64,000 bases of DNA from an uncultured Pseudomonadales bacterium (GCA_964607285.1 CAZSJW010000001.1:2514-66513), one strand, 5' to 3'; numbered from the stretch's first letter, positions 1 through 9,135 are shown. The notes: generated by a model not told the origin, from the letters alone. Numbers and translations are program-made.

Positions 1-639
1 TCTGAAGTCAAAGAGTTTGAAGAGAAAGTTATCCAGATCTCCCGCGTTTCTAAAAAAACCAAGGGTGGAAACAAAGTTGGGTTTTCAGTTCTCATGGTTG
101 TTGGTGACAAAAAAGGCAATGTAGGCGTTGGCCTTGGAAAAGCACAAGATGTACTTTCAGCAATCAAAAAAGGCATTAAGAAAGCCAAAAAGAAGCTAAT
201 TGCAGTGCCGCTAGATGGTACCACCATTCCTTTCAGAGTAGATGTCAAAAAAGGTGCTGGCCGAGTACTTCTGATGCCTGCTCCAAAAGGTTCAGGTGTT
301 ATTGCGGGTGGACCTGTCAGAGCAGTCGTTGAGGCGGCTGGAGTGCGAGATATTTCGAGTAAAATTCTTGGTTCTTCCAATCAAGCATCTAGCGTGTATG
401 CCACATTTGAAGCGCTGAAACAAATTCGCACTATTGTGGAGATGAAAGGTCTAAAACTCAAATCTATTGCCGAAATTGAGGCTGAAGAAGCCAAGGTTGT
501 GCAAGAATTGCAAGAAAAAGCAAAAATGAAGTCTGAAGTGAAACAGGTTGAAGCAGTGAAGAGTGCAGCGGTTGCAAAACCAGCACCTAAAAAATCACTC
601 AACAAAAAAGGAGCTGTTCCAAAAGCAGCTGCTAAGTAA
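1..639 (+). CDS. rpsE: 30S ribosomal protein S5, 5' end off-window; carries a ~55-aa Lys/Ala/Glu-rich C-terminal tail
   Basis: Frame 1 is open from base 1 (SEVKEFEEKVIQISRVSKKTKGGN...), upstream of tracked ORF 94..639. S5 hallmarks GVGLGKAQDV..AIKKG and GSGVIAGGPVRAVVEAAGVRDI. Lies directly upstream of rplO-secY. Confidence 0.95.
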   Translation, partial: SEVKEFEEKVIQISRVSKKTKGGNKVGFSVLMVVGDKKGNVGVGLGKAQDVLSAIKKGIKKAKKKLIAVPLDGTTIPFRVDVKKGAGRVLLMPAPKGSGVIAGGPVRAVVEAAGVRDISSKILGSSNQASSVYATFEALKQIRTIVEMKGLKLKSIAEIEAEEAKVVQELQEKAKMKSEVKQVEAVKSAAVAKPAPKKSLNKKGAVPKAAAK

Positions 640-650
640 GGATACAACTC

Positions 651-1091
651 ATGTCAATTTTATCTAAACTATTTTCTACCACAACCAGAACTATGAAACG
701 ACGTGGTCGCGGAATTGGTTCAGGCAAAGGTGGACATACATCTGGCAGAGGTCAAAAAGGACAAAAATCCCGACAAGGTGCAAATGTGCCACTGTGGTTC
801 GAGGGTGGACAGTTGCCATTGATCAAACGCCTCCCTATGCTTCGTGGTAAGGGATTATTGAAACCACTAAACAAAACAGTGGAAGTTACACTATCTGAGT
901 TGAATGCACTCAATCTAGAAGAAGTTACCGTGGATAGTCTAAAACTCGCGCGGGTTATCGACAAACGTGCAAAAAACGCTAAAATCATTGCTACTGGTTC
1001 TTTGACAAGAGCAGTGAAAGTTACTGGCCTTCGTTCATCTGCTAAAGCAAAAGCAGCGATAGAACAAGCAGGTGGCTCTATACAAGACTGA
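651..1091 (+). CDS. rplO: 50S ribosomal protein L15
   Basis: Gly/Arg/Lys-rich N-terminus RRGRGIGSGKGGHTSGRGQKGQKSR typical of L15. Position between S5 and SecY. Ends in TGA. Confidence 0.95.
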   Translation: MSILSKLFSTTTRTMKRRGRGIGSGKGGHTSGRGQKGQKSRQGANVPLWFEGGQLPLIKRLPMLRGKGLLKPLNKTVEVTLSELNALNLEEVTVDSLKLARVIDKRAKNAKIIATGSLTRAVKVTGLRSSAKAKAAIEQAGGSIQD

Positions 1092-1127
1092 TAGTACAAA
1101 GCTCAAGGCACTACCTAAGGCTACAGA

Positions 1128-2411
1128 GTGAACAGAATTACAAACCTGTTTAAAACAGTGTTGAAGACGCGCGAACTGCGAAATAAACTGCTATTTACAG
1201 CGGCCATTTTTTTCATATTCCGATTATTTGCACATATCCCAGTCCCGTCTGTAGATGTTCTGCAACTGAGATCATTTCTCCAAGGTAGTCAGTTTTTAAG
1301 TCTACTCAATGTATTTTCAGGTGGTACGCTTCAAAACTTTTCAATTGTAGCTGTGGGGATAAACCCATACATTACCGCCACTATCGTTATGCAGCTTGCG
1401 GCGATGGTCATCCCAAGTCTCAAAGAGATGCAGAAAGATGGTGAAGCTGGCCGAGAGCGTGTCAATCAGTTCTCAAGACTTCTGTCTGTTCCACTGGCTG
1501 TTGGGCAGAGTATTTCTGTGTTAGTGTTGCTACGTTCTCAAGGTTTACTCCTAACCAGTGATCCACTATCAATTGTTGCAATGATATTTAGTTTAGTAGC
1601 GGGAGCTATGATACTCACTTGGCTTGGAGAGCTAGTTTCTCAATATGGTTTGGGAAATGGTATCTCAATGATTTTGCTAGGTGGTATTTTGAGCCAGATC
1701 CCTCAAGCATTTGCACAGATAGCACTAGTTTCCAGCAGTGATCAATTTTTAGTTCTGGCCACGTTTGCCATACTCTTTTTGCTTATCATCGCTATGGTTG
1801 TTTTTATGAACGAGGCTATTAGAAAAGTGACAATACAGTATGCACAGCGGCAGCGTGGGAGTCAGGTCTATGGTGGTCAGCAGACTCACTTGCCTATTAA
1901 GGTAAACGTAGCAGGCGTGATGCCAATAATTTTTGCTGTGTCTATTATGCTAGTACCGTCCTTTATAGCTCGGCTGTTAGTTGCGTCTGGTCAGGATTCT
2001 ATGATCAAGTTTGGTCAGGAATTGACTGTAGCCTTTTCGCAAACTTCTTTGTTATACATCGCAACCTATTTTGTCATTGTTTTTGGCTTCACCTTTTTCT
2101 CAGCACTACTGTTTTTCAATGCAGAAGATATCTCTAAAGAACTCAAGAAGTCGGGTGCGTTCTTGCCAGGGATTCGCCCCGGTGGTGCAACTAAGAAATT
2201 TCTTGAATACATAGTGACACGAGTCACTGTGGCAGGTGCATTGTTTCTGGGTGTGATAGCTGTTATGCCATCACTAGCACAACGATTTACAGACATTGGT
2301 TCATTAGCCGTAAGCGGTACAAGCGTATTAATTGTTGTTTCGGTCATTCTTGAAACCGCCAAGCAGATCGAAAGTATGTTGGTCGAACAAAATTACGATA
2401 AATATCTCTAG
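1128..2411 (+). CDS. secY: Preprotein translocase subunit SecY
   Basis: GTG start, 427 aa, about 10 hydrophobic segments. SecY-like stretches GINPYITATIVMQL and GLGNGISMIL. Canonical position after rplO. Confidence 0.95.
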   Translation: MNRITNLFKTVLKTRELRNKLLFTAAIFFIFRLFAHIPVPSVDVLQLRSFLQGSQFLSLLNVFSGGTLQNFSIVAVGINPYITATIVMQLAAMVIPSLKEMQKDGEAGRERVNQFSRLLSVPLAVGQSISVLVLLRSQGLLLTSDPLSIVAMIFSLVAGAMILTWLGELVSQYGLGNGISMILLGGILSQIPQAFAQIALVSSSDQFLVLATFAILFLLIIAMVVFMNEAIRKVTIQYAQRQRGSQVYGGQQTHLPIKVNVAGVMPIIFAVSIMLVPSFIARLLVASGQDSMIKFGQELTVAFSQTSLLYIATYFVIVFGFTFFSALLFFNAEDISKELKKSGAFLPGIRPGGATKKFLEYIVTRVTVAGALFLGVIAVMPSLAQRFTDIGSLAVSGTSVLIVVSVILETAKQIESMLVEQNYDKYL

Positions 2412-2453
2412 TGGCAGTCATAGAGCGGCGAGAGTCGCTACTCAAGGAGTTAT

Positions 2454-2990
2454 ATGAAACTCGTTCTTATCGGTATTCAGGGTGCAGGCAAGTCAACTCA
2501 AGGTAGCCTGCTTTCCGAAAAATACAACATTCCCTATCTTTCATCTGGTCACATCTTTCGTGAGATGGCAAAGGAGAAAACAAAGTTAGGTCGTTGGCTC
2601 AAAGAAACACTAAATTCAGGTGCACTAGTACCTGATGACACCACGTTAGAAGTTGTGCTTACCTATTTGGAGAAGCCTGAGTACGCAGGAGGCTATATTT
2701 TGGATGGTTTTCCTAGGACTGTCCCCCAAGCAGAGGCATTTAATGGTAGCATTGAAAAAGTTGTACTTATTGATGTCTCAGACAAAGAGGCCCTTTGGCG
2801 AATAGCGGGAAGAATTAGTGATCGTGAAGACGAAACACTACAGGCTATCCGAAATAGAATTGAGCTATTTCATGAAATGACTGAGCCAGTCGTCAAGTAC
2901 TACGAAAAAATTGGCAAACTTGCACGCATCAATGGTGAGCAAGAAGTAGATGGTGTGTTTGCTGATATCTGCAAATCTCTAGAAAAATAG
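2454..2990 (+). CDS. adk: Adenylate kinase (short-LID form, no Cys4 zinc knuckle)
   Basis: SD AAGGAG upstream. P-loop GIQGAGKST, SSGHIFR, ILDGFPRT motifs. Canonical secY-adk-map order. Confidence 0.9.
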   Translation: MKLVLIGIQGAGKSTQGSLLSEKYNIPYLSSGHIFREMAKEKTKLGRWLKETLNSGALVPDDTTLEVVLTYLEKPEYAGGYILDGFPRTVPQAEAFNGSIEKVVLIDVSDKEALWRIAGRISDREDETLQAIRNRIELFHEMTEPVVKYYEKIGKLARINGEQEVDGVFADICKSLEK

Positions 2991-3003
2991 GTCCAACAGA
3001 AGT

Positions 3004-3747
3004 ATGACTGACTCTGACACACAAAGAATTGCAGCCATGCGTGAAGGTGGTAAGCGTCTCGGTGTGGTCAAACATAGTCTAGAAGAGTTTACCCAGATTG
3101 GCATGTCTTTTGAGGAAATCGAGGCCGAAGCGCAGCGACTCATAGCTGAGGCTGGAGCTGTTCCAAACTTTTCACTTGTCCCTGGGTACCACTGGGCGAC
3201 ATGTATCATGCGAAATGATGAGCTTTGCCATGGAATACCAAAGGGCAAAACTGTGCGCGATAGTGACGTAGTCACTATCGATGTTGGTCTTTTGCATGAG
3301 GGATTCAATCTTGACACAACCACCACATTTATCGTGGGAAGTGCTGACAAAACTACTGCATCATTTGTAGCTAGAGGCAGAGAGATACTGGACGCAGCAA
3401 TTTTTCAGGCTGTGCTTGGGAACTCTGTCTATGATATTAGCAAGGAGATGGAGCGAGGACTGAATCGGTATGACTATGGAGTGGTATACCAACTCACAGG
3501 TCATGGCATTGGCACTCAGTTGCACATGGAGCCTAGCGTCCCTGTTTTTGCAGATTCATCTAGCAAAAAGCACAAACTTTTCCTAGGTCAGACACTAGCT
3601 ATAGAGGTAATGTACACTGCAGGTTCGCCAGAGTTGGTTGAGGATTCAGACGGTTGGACATATAGAACAAAAGATGGCTCACTTAGCGGCATGTTTGAGG
3701 AGACTGTGCTGGTCACAAAGGATGGGCCAGAAGTTTTGACAAAATAG
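3004..3747 (+). CDS. map: Methionine aminopeptidase type I
   Basis: 247 aa. MetAP-like blocks VVTIDVG, TGHGIGTQLHMEP, LAIEVMYT, FEETVLVT. Follows adk. Confidence 0.9.
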   Translation: MTDSDTQRIAAMREGGKRLGVVKHSLEEFTQIGMSFEEIEAEAQRLIAEAGAVPNFSLVPGYHWATCIMRNDELCHGIPKGKTVRDSDVVTIDVGLLHEGFNLDTTTTFIVGSADKTTASFVARGREILDAAIFQAVLGNSVYDISKEMERGLNRYDYGVVYQLTGHGIGTQLHMEPSVPVFADSSSKKHKLFLGQTLAIEVMYTAGSPELVEDSDGWTYRTKDGSLSGMFEETVLVTKDGPEVLTK

Positions 3748-3758
3748 GGTATACTACC

Positions 3759-4139
3759 TTGCAATTCACACATGAAGAGAATATGAATATGAACACGGAA
3801 CGCCTAGCTCGTTTTGAATTACCACAACCCCCAAGAGACGAGTGGGTTGCTAGACAGTATGTTAAGTACGGTCTTGGTGTTGATCCGTCACTTGAGAGAA
3901 TTGAGCCAGTTGCTACTGAGCTTCTAGCAAATCTAAGTACAGTATTGATTGGTGCAGAACTTGTACTTGGCAGACGAGTGGATGGTGACGTAAAGAAAGA
4001 GCCTGAGGTGTTGCCTTTACTTTTTGCTCGTGGACTTACTGGAAGAGAACGGTTTGGTTTGCTTTTGATGCTAAGAAGTATTGAAGAAGCAATTGCAGCA
4101 AAGCCTGAGACACAAGTTGACAATGGTACTGAAGAATAA
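3759..4139 (+). CDS. Hypothetical acidic protein inserted between map and infA
   Basis: 126-aa ORF with ordinary composition. The overlapping antisense ORF 3713..4192 is Ser-rich and looks like a shadow frame. No recognisable motif. The start could instead be one of the internal ATGs (MNMNTERL...). Confidence 0.5.
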   Translation: MQFTHEENMNMNTERLARFELPQPPRDEWVARQYVKYGLGVDPSLERIEPVATELLANLSTVLIGAELVLGRRVDGDVKKEPEVLPLLFARGLTGRERFGLLLMLRSIEEAIAAKPETQVDNGTEE

Positions 4140-4229
4140 GTTGTTTTTTTTTGATCAAGCTTCATTTTCGGAATAGAACCTACGCTTCTCACTTTTTCAG
4201 TTCATTTGCTAGCAGTAGTATGCAAAATA

Positions 4230-4238
4230 TGGTATAAT
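4230..4238 (+). promoter_or_regulatory. Extended -10 promoter element TGGTATAAT upstream of infA
   Basis: TG-n-TATAAT at 4230..4238, 9 nt before the infA ATG at 4248. Preceded by a T-rich run after the previous ORF. Confidence 0.4.
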
Positions 4239-4247
4239 ATAGGGTCT

Positions 4248-4577
4248 ATGGGTAAAGTCCAAGACCACAAGCGCTCGGCAAAAGCTAAGCGTCAAGTGGA
4301 CAACACCAGCCAGAAATCAGACCGCGATGATCGCTTCGAGGTCGAAGGTGTGGTGGAGGAGTGTTTGCCCAACACCATGTTCCGAGTCAAGATCACCGAC
4401 TCGACAGTCGAGCAAATGAAAGATCGTGTGCTCCTGGGTACATTAGTAGGCAAGATGCGGTTGTTTCGCATCCGAGTCATGCCTGGTGATCAAGTCAGAG
4501 GTTATGTATCTAAATATGACCTCAATAAGTGTAAAATTACCTTTAGATCAACGAAAAGTGGCTCGCAGTCAATTTAG
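4248..4577 (+). CDS. infA: Translation initiation factor IF-1 with ~25-aa basic N-terminal extension
   Basis: S1-like core LPNTMFRV...GKMR..RIRV.PGD.V...YDL.K..I.FR. ATG at 4248 is preferred over the tracked TTG at 4206, which would place the TATAAT box inside the CDS. Confidence 0.85.
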   Translation: MGKVQDHKRSAKAKRQVDNTSQKSDRDDRFEVEGVVEECLPNTMFRVKITDSTVEQMKDRVLLGTLVGKMRLFRIRVMPGDQVRGYVSKYDLNKCKITFRSTKSGSQSI

Positions 4578-4652
4578 TACTTTGCAATTTACCAGATCTG
4601 AGGTATATTTCACTTCTGTCCAAATCCCGCACGGAGCGGAAAGAAAACAATC

Positions 4653-4766
4653 ATGAAAGTAAGATCGTCAGTCAAAAAAATGTGCATTCACTGCAAAATG
4701 ATTAAACGCAGAGGTGTCTTGCGCGTTATTTGCCAAGACCCTAAGCATAAGCAACGTCAAGGATAA
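4653..4766 (+). CDS. rpmJ: 50S ribosomal protein L36 (too short to appear in the supplied ORF track)
   Basis: Hand translation gives [37 protein letters not shown], then TAA. CxxC...C...H zinc-ribbon pattern. Canonical slot between infA and rpsM. Confidence 0.9.
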   Translation: MKVRSSVKKMCIHCKMIKRRGVLRVICQDPKHKQRQG

Positions 4767-4769
4767 CCT

Positions 4770-5180
4770 ATGCCTCGTATAGTTGGTGTCGACATTCCAG
4801 AACAAAAAAAAGTGTTTTACGCACTGCAGTCTATATTTGGTGTTGGTCCAAAGATTGCAGCAGATATCATTCGTGAGACTCAGATCAATGGTGATAAGCG
4901 CGCTCGTGAGTTGACGACAGATGAAGTAAACCGTATTCAAAGAGTGATTGAGAAGTTTTTAGTTGAAGGTGATCTTCGCCGTGATATTAATGATACTATT
5001 GATCGTTTGAAACGCATTCGCTCATACCGAGGTATGCGCCATGTAGCGCACTTACCAGCTCGTGGACAGAGAACTCGTTCTAACGGACGCACTGCCCGAG
5101 GTGGTGGCCGCCGCAGAACAGTTGGAGCTATGACAAAGGAAATGGCAGCAAAGCTTGACGCAGCCAAGACTACTAAGTAA
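4770..5180 (+). CDS. rpsM: 30S ribosomal protein S13
   Basis: MPRIVGVDIP..K.V..AL..I.GVG start and Arg-rich C-terminus GQRTRSNGRTARGG. Confidence 0.95.
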   Translation: MPRIVGVDIPEQKKVFYALQSIFGVGPKIAADIIRETQINGDKRARELTTDEVNRIQRVIEKFLVEGDLRRDINDTIDRLKRIRSYRGMRHVAHLPARGQRTRSNGRTARGGGRRRTVGAMTKEMAAKLDAAKTTK

Positions 5181-5190
5181 GAAACATCGT

Positions 5191-5589
5191 ATGGCACAAC
5201 AACGCAATAACACCGCACCACAGAAAAAGAATACTCGACTTGTATCTCGAGGCAGATTGTACGTTACCGCTACATTCAACAGTACACTTGCTAGTGTCAC
5301 CGATGAGCAGGGAAATGTACTTTGCTGGTCAACTGCAGGTGAGTCAGGATTTTCTGGTTCTAGAAAATCTACTCCGTATGCAGCAACAATCACTGTGGAG
5401 AACGCAATCAACAAAGCAAAAGCGTATGGTATGAGTCAGATGGACGTGTTCATTAAAGGTCCAGGTCCTGGACGTGATGTTACTCTACGAGTACTTCGCG
5501 CTCAAGGCATGAGAGTGACTATGATCGCAGACATGACTCCAAACCCACACAATGGTACACGGCCACGCAAGGCAAAGCATAACAAGTAA
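5191..5589 (+). CDS. rpsK: 30S ribosomal protein S11
   Basis: ATG at 5191 lies just after the rpsM stop; the tracked TTG at 5155 overlaps rpsM. S11 blocks GRLYVTATFNSTLASVTDEQGN and FSGSRKSTPYAA. Confidence 0.93.
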   Translation: MAQQRNNTAPQKKNTRLVSRGRLYVTATFNSTLASVTDEQGNVLCWSTAGESGFSGSRKSTPYAATITVENAINKAKAYGMSQMDVFIKGPGPGRDVTLRVLRAQGMRVTMIADMTPNPHNGTRPRKAKHNK

Positions 5590-5603
5590 GTAAGTGAGAA
5601 TAT

Positions 5604-6209
5604 ATGGCACGTTATACAGGACCAAAAAATAGATTAGCTCGCAAAGTGGGTGAAGACTTAGGACTTAAGTCAAACGCGCTTAAAGTTACGCGTCGTCTTA
5701 CTGTCGGCCCTGGTCAACATGGAGCAGCGAATCGCCGCAAGGTTTCTGACTACGGTGTGCAGCTTAAAGAAAAGCAAAAACTAAAGTACTTATATGGAAT
5801 CTTGGAGAAACAGCTTCGTCGTTTGTACGACAAGGCTACAAGTAATCCTACTGCAACTGGTGCAGCTCTCTTGAGTTTGCTTGAGAGAAGACTAGATAAT
5901 GTAGTGTATCGTCTTGGTTGGGCACCAACTCGTGCCTCTGCTAGACAGCTTGTCAACCACGGTCATGTGTTGGTAAATGGCAAGAAACTCGACATTTCTT
6001 CGTATCGAGTGCAGGTCAATGATGTCGTTTCACTCAAAGACTCTGGTTCAAAGATACCAGCAGTAGCAGACAGAATTAAAGATGAGTCTGCCTTACCAGG
6101 TTGGTTGGAGCGAAAGCACACGGTTGGAAAGATAAGTCGTTTACCTGAGAGAACTGACGTAACTGAAGTAATAACAGAACAATTAGTAGTAGAGTATTAC
6201 AGTCGATAG
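5604..6209 (+). CDS. rpsD: 30S ribosomal protein S4
   Basis: MARYTGPKNRLARKVG start, S4 domain RLDNVVYRLGWAPTRASARQLVNHGHVLVNG. Confidence 0.95.
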   Translation: MARYTGPKNRLARKVGEDLGLKSNALKVTRRLTVGPGQHGAANRRKVSDYGVQLKEKQKLKYLYGILEKQLRRLYDKATSNPTATGAALLSLLERRLDNVVYRLGWAPTRASARQLVNHGHVLVNGKKLDISSYRVQVNDVVSLKDSGSKIPAVADRIKDESALPGWLERKHTVGKISRLPERTDVTEVITEQLVVEYYSR

Positions 6210-6268
6210 ACTGAATCTGGAAACGGATTTTCCCGCCACCATGGGAAGAGATGAAACAAGGAGAATAT

Positions 6269-7216
6269 ATGGCACTAAATCTAGCACAATACCCAGGAAT
6301 GAACCCTTCATTCCAAATTACCAGTTCCTCTGCAACAGCCAGTAAGGCAAGCATTGCTTTAGAGCCGTTGGAGCAGGGATATGGTCATACGCTCGGCAAC
6401 GCTCTTCGACGGGTGATGTTAAGTTCATTACCAGGAAGTGCTCTTACTGTAGCTAGAATTGCAGGCGCAGATCATCAATTCTCAACAATTGCGGGAATGA
6501 CTGAAGACATATTGGAGCTTACCCTCAACTTAAAGCTAGTTCGCATCAAAGCAACCTCAGCAGCTGAGACGGGCACAATGCGTCTTACCGTAAAAGGACC
6601 CGCAACAGTTACAGCAGCTGACATTGAACCAACAGCTGGTTTCGAAGTAGTAAACGGTGAACAACACATAGCAACCTTGGCAAAAGGAGCTACTTTGGAC
6701 ATAGAGTTAGCAATTGAGTCTGGTGTCGGGTACTCAACAGCAAATGAGCGAGAGTCCGCAGGAATTGGAGAAATAGTACTAGATGCACTGTACTCACCAG
6801 TAGTAAAAGTTTCTTACCAAGTTGAAGCAACTCGTGTGGGCCGAAGAACTGACTACGATAAGCTAGTTCTTGATGTCCAGACTGACGGAAGCATTACTCC
6901 TCTTGAAGCAGTTCAGCAAGCAGCAATGATACTAGTTCGCCAGTTCGACCAAGTAGTTGAACCTGCACTAGTTGAAGAGCCAAAAATGGAAGTTGCACTC
7001 TCCCCAGAGGAAGCTGAAGTGCTTCGTCTGACTGTAGAGGAACTTGACTTACCAACTCGTATTGCAAACGCATTGCGAAAAGGTGGCTTCAAGACTGTTG
7101 GTGACTTAGTTGGTGTTCCTAGAAACACAGTCGCTAAAGTAAAAAACCTCGGTGGCAAAAGTGTAGTTGTGATTGAAGAAGCACTTGCTAAGAAAGGTGT
7201 TGAGCTAGGTAGTTAA
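6269..7216 (+). CDS. rpoA: DNA-directed RNA polymerase subunit alpha
   Basis: SD AAGGAG precedes the ATG at 6269. N-terminal domain LEPLEQGYGHTLGNALRRVMLSSLPG. C-terminal-domain helix-hairpin-helix LDLPTRIANALRKGGFKTVGDL. Confidence 0.93.
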   Translation: MALNLAQYPGMNPSFQITSSSATASKASIALEPLEQGYGHTLGNALRRVMLSSLPGSALTVARIAGADHQFSTIAGMTEDILELTLNLKLVRIKATSAAETGTMRLTVKGPATVTAADIEPTAGFEVVNGEQHIATLAKGATLDIELAIESGVGYSTANERESAGIGEIVLDALYSPVVKVSYQVEATRVGRRTDYDKLVLDVQTDGSITPLEAVQQAAMILVRQFDQVVEPALVEEPKMEVALSPEEAEVLRLTVEELDLPTRIANALRKGGFKTVGDLVGVPRNTVAKVKNLGGKSVVVIEEALAKKGVELGS

Positions 7217-7249
7217 GCTACAGCCAACCATTAGGAAAGAAAAAATTGT

Positions 7250-7702
7250 ATGAGACACAGAGTTAAAGTAAACAAGTTTAACCGTGACACCAAGCACAGA
7301 GAGTCTCTTTTCAAGAATCTCGTACGCTCTTTGGTGGAGCATGGTTCGATTACAACCACTGAACCAAAAGCAAAAGAAGTTAAACGTTTGGCTGATCGTT
7401 TGATAGGTAAAGCCAAAACAGATTCAGTACATATGCGTAGACAACTGCACGAGATATTCGGCAAGCGTGATGTGGTAAACACACTAGTGGACAGAATTGC
7501 TCCATTGTTTACGGATAGAGTGTCTGGTTTCACTACTTTGACTGCCGCAGGCACTCGCAGAGGTGATAATACACGAATGGTAGAGATTTCGCTGGTACTC
7601 AAACCCGAAGTTGCAGGGTTGAAAAATCCTTCACCATCGGTGGCAGCAGAAGTCAAGAAAGTGACTGCGAAACCAGCAGCGAAGTCAGTCAAGAAAGCCT
7701 AA
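7250..7702 (+). CDS. rplQ: 50S ribosomal protein L17 with Lys/Ala/Pro-rich C-terminal tail
   Basis: MRHRVKVNKFNRDTKHRESLFKNLVRSLVEHGSITTT is a canonical L17 N-terminus. Follows rpoA. Confidence 0.93.
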   Translation: MRHRVKVNKFNRDTKHRESLFKNLVRSLVEHGSITTTEPKAKEVKRLADRLIGKAKTDSVHMRRQLHEIFGKRDVVNTLVDRIAPLFTDRVSGFTTLTAAGTRRGDNTRMVEISLVLKPEVAGLKNPSPSVAAEVKKVTAKPAAKSVKKA

Positions 7703-7705
7703 ATA

Positions 7706-8149
7706 ATGCAAAAAACATACATGCAAAAAACAGCTGATGTGACCCGAGGATGGCACTTAGTTGATGCCGAGGATAAAATCCTAGGTGTGGTGGCTACAGA
7801 GATTGCTGTCAAGCTGATGGGTAAAGACAAAAAAGAGTACACACCACATATTGAGAGTGGTGACTATGTAGTTGTGATCAATGCTGCCAAAGTAGCAGTA
7901 ACAGGCAAAAAACGTGATCATAAAATGTATTACCGTCACTCTAACTACCCTGGTGGTTTGCGAGAAAAGACATTTGCTCAGCTCATAGAAACAAAGCCCG
8001 AGGACATTATCACCTTGGCAGTAAAAAATATGTTACCAAAAAACCGACTTCGTGATCCTCGTTTAGCTCGACTCAAAGTCTATGCTGACGACTCACACAA
8101 GCATCAAAGTCAACTCGGTGGTACTACCGAAGCAAGTACAAGCAAGTAA
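7706..8149 (+). CDS. rplM: 50S ribosomal protein L13
   Basis: W.LVDAEDKILG..AT.IA..L.GK.K..YTPH block. The start could be the second ATG at 7721. Confidence 0.93.
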   Translation: MQKTYMQKTADVTRGWHLVDAEDKILGVVATEIAVKLMGKDKKEYTPHIESGDYVVVINAAKVAVTGKKRDHKMYYRHSNYPGGLREKTFAQLIETKPEDIITLAVKNMLPKNRLRDPRLARLKVYADDSHKHQSQLGGTTEASTSK

Positions 8150-8169
8150 GTTACGCGAAACGAGATAGT

Positions 8170-8685
8170 ATGGCACTCAAGCTTAGTAAGAAAAACACTA
8201 AAGTTCAAAAAGTTGTAAAAAAAGCTACACCAGTAGCGCAAAAATCAACTCGTAGTTCTGGCGCAGTTCGCTCGCAGGTCACGCTCCCAACTGGCCAATA
8301 TACTGAGGGTGTAGGTCGCCGAAAGGTAGCAACTGCTCGTGTTCGTATTTACGAGGGTATGGGTGATTTTGTAGTCAATGGCCGTGTGGTGGGTGAGTAC
8401 TTTGCAACTGTTCCTTCTGCTACTCTTCGATATCTCCAAGCATTTGAAGTAACTGGTACCAAAGGCAAGTTTGCAGTTAGTGCAAAAGTGTCAGGCTCAG
8501 GTCCCTCAGCTCAATTGGATGCAGTCGTACATGGCTTATCTCGTGCGTTAGTAAAGTTCAATGGTGAATACCGTGGTTTGCTTAAAACAGCAGGCCTTCT
8601 GACTCGTGATGACCGCATGAAAGAGACTCGAAAAATCGGTATGGGTGGTAAAGCTCGCCGAAAACGACAGTCACCAAAGCGATAA
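8170..8685 (+). CDS. rpsI: 30S ribosomal protein S9 with ~40-aa basic N-terminal extension
   Basis: GVGRRKVATARVRI core and C-terminal RKIGMGGKARRKRQSPKR. Classical rplM-rpsI pair. Confidence 0.93.
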   Translation: MALKLSKKNTKVQKVVKKATPVAQKSTRSSGAVRSQVTLPTGQYTEGVGRRKVATARVRIYEGMGDFVVNGRVVGEYFATVPSATLRYLQAFEVTGTKGKFAVSAKVSGSGPSAQLDAVVHGLSRALVKFNGEYRGLLKTAGLLTRDDRMKETRKIGMGGKARRKRQSPKR

Positions 8686-8726
8686 GCTGAATTTATTTTT
8701 ACTTCGATTTTTTTCTTTGGGTCTTG

Positions 8727-9101
8727 CTAACTATTTTTTGTGGGGCTATTTGCATTTTTATAATAATTTGCCAGAAGCGTGAGTGTTGTTATGGTCGCTG
8801 ATGAAAGTGATAAAACAATACTATCTACAGACATCTGCGCTTCCATCAGCCCAGCCGTATGTAGTAAAAAAGTGATGAGCACAATAGCTAATTCTGGAGC
8901 AGTTGCTAACAGTATATTCAGTATCTCTTTGAGTATAGGTAATGGGTCGGTTGTTTTTTCAGAGGCATCCAGCAATTCCTGAACTAGAACTCCTTTTAAT
9001 AAACCAACAAGCATTGCAACAGAAATGGGAAGTTCAGTTAGGGCGGAAGTAGTTTGTTCTGAGGATTGAGTAAGTACTTCTGCAAGTAATGTAGACTGCA
9101 T
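8727..9101 (-). CDS. Hypothetical protein (weakly supported)
   Basis: 124-aa ORF downstream of the ABC array. No obvious SD and no recognised motif. Confidence 0.35.
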   Translation of the reverse strand: MQSTLLAEVLTQSSEQTTSALTELPISVAMLVGLLKGVLVQELLDASEKTTDPLPILKEILNILLATAPELAIVLITFLLHTAGLMEAQMSVDSIVLSLSSATITTLTLLANYYKNANSPTKNS

Positions 9102-9135
9102 GTTTGTTCGTCAATGAGCTATTTTCCAGAGTATA

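Noticed and set aside
381-1099. Antisense ORFs within ribosomal protein genes (381..647, 752..1099). Similar shadows occur elsewhere, e.g. 2979..3350, 3713..4192, 7231..7692, 16065..16616, 38140..38739, 35756..36373.
   Set aside because: They lie opposite strongly supported conserved genes, have Ser/Cys/Arg-rich or low-complexity composition, and lack SD sequences. They are typical shadow frames.
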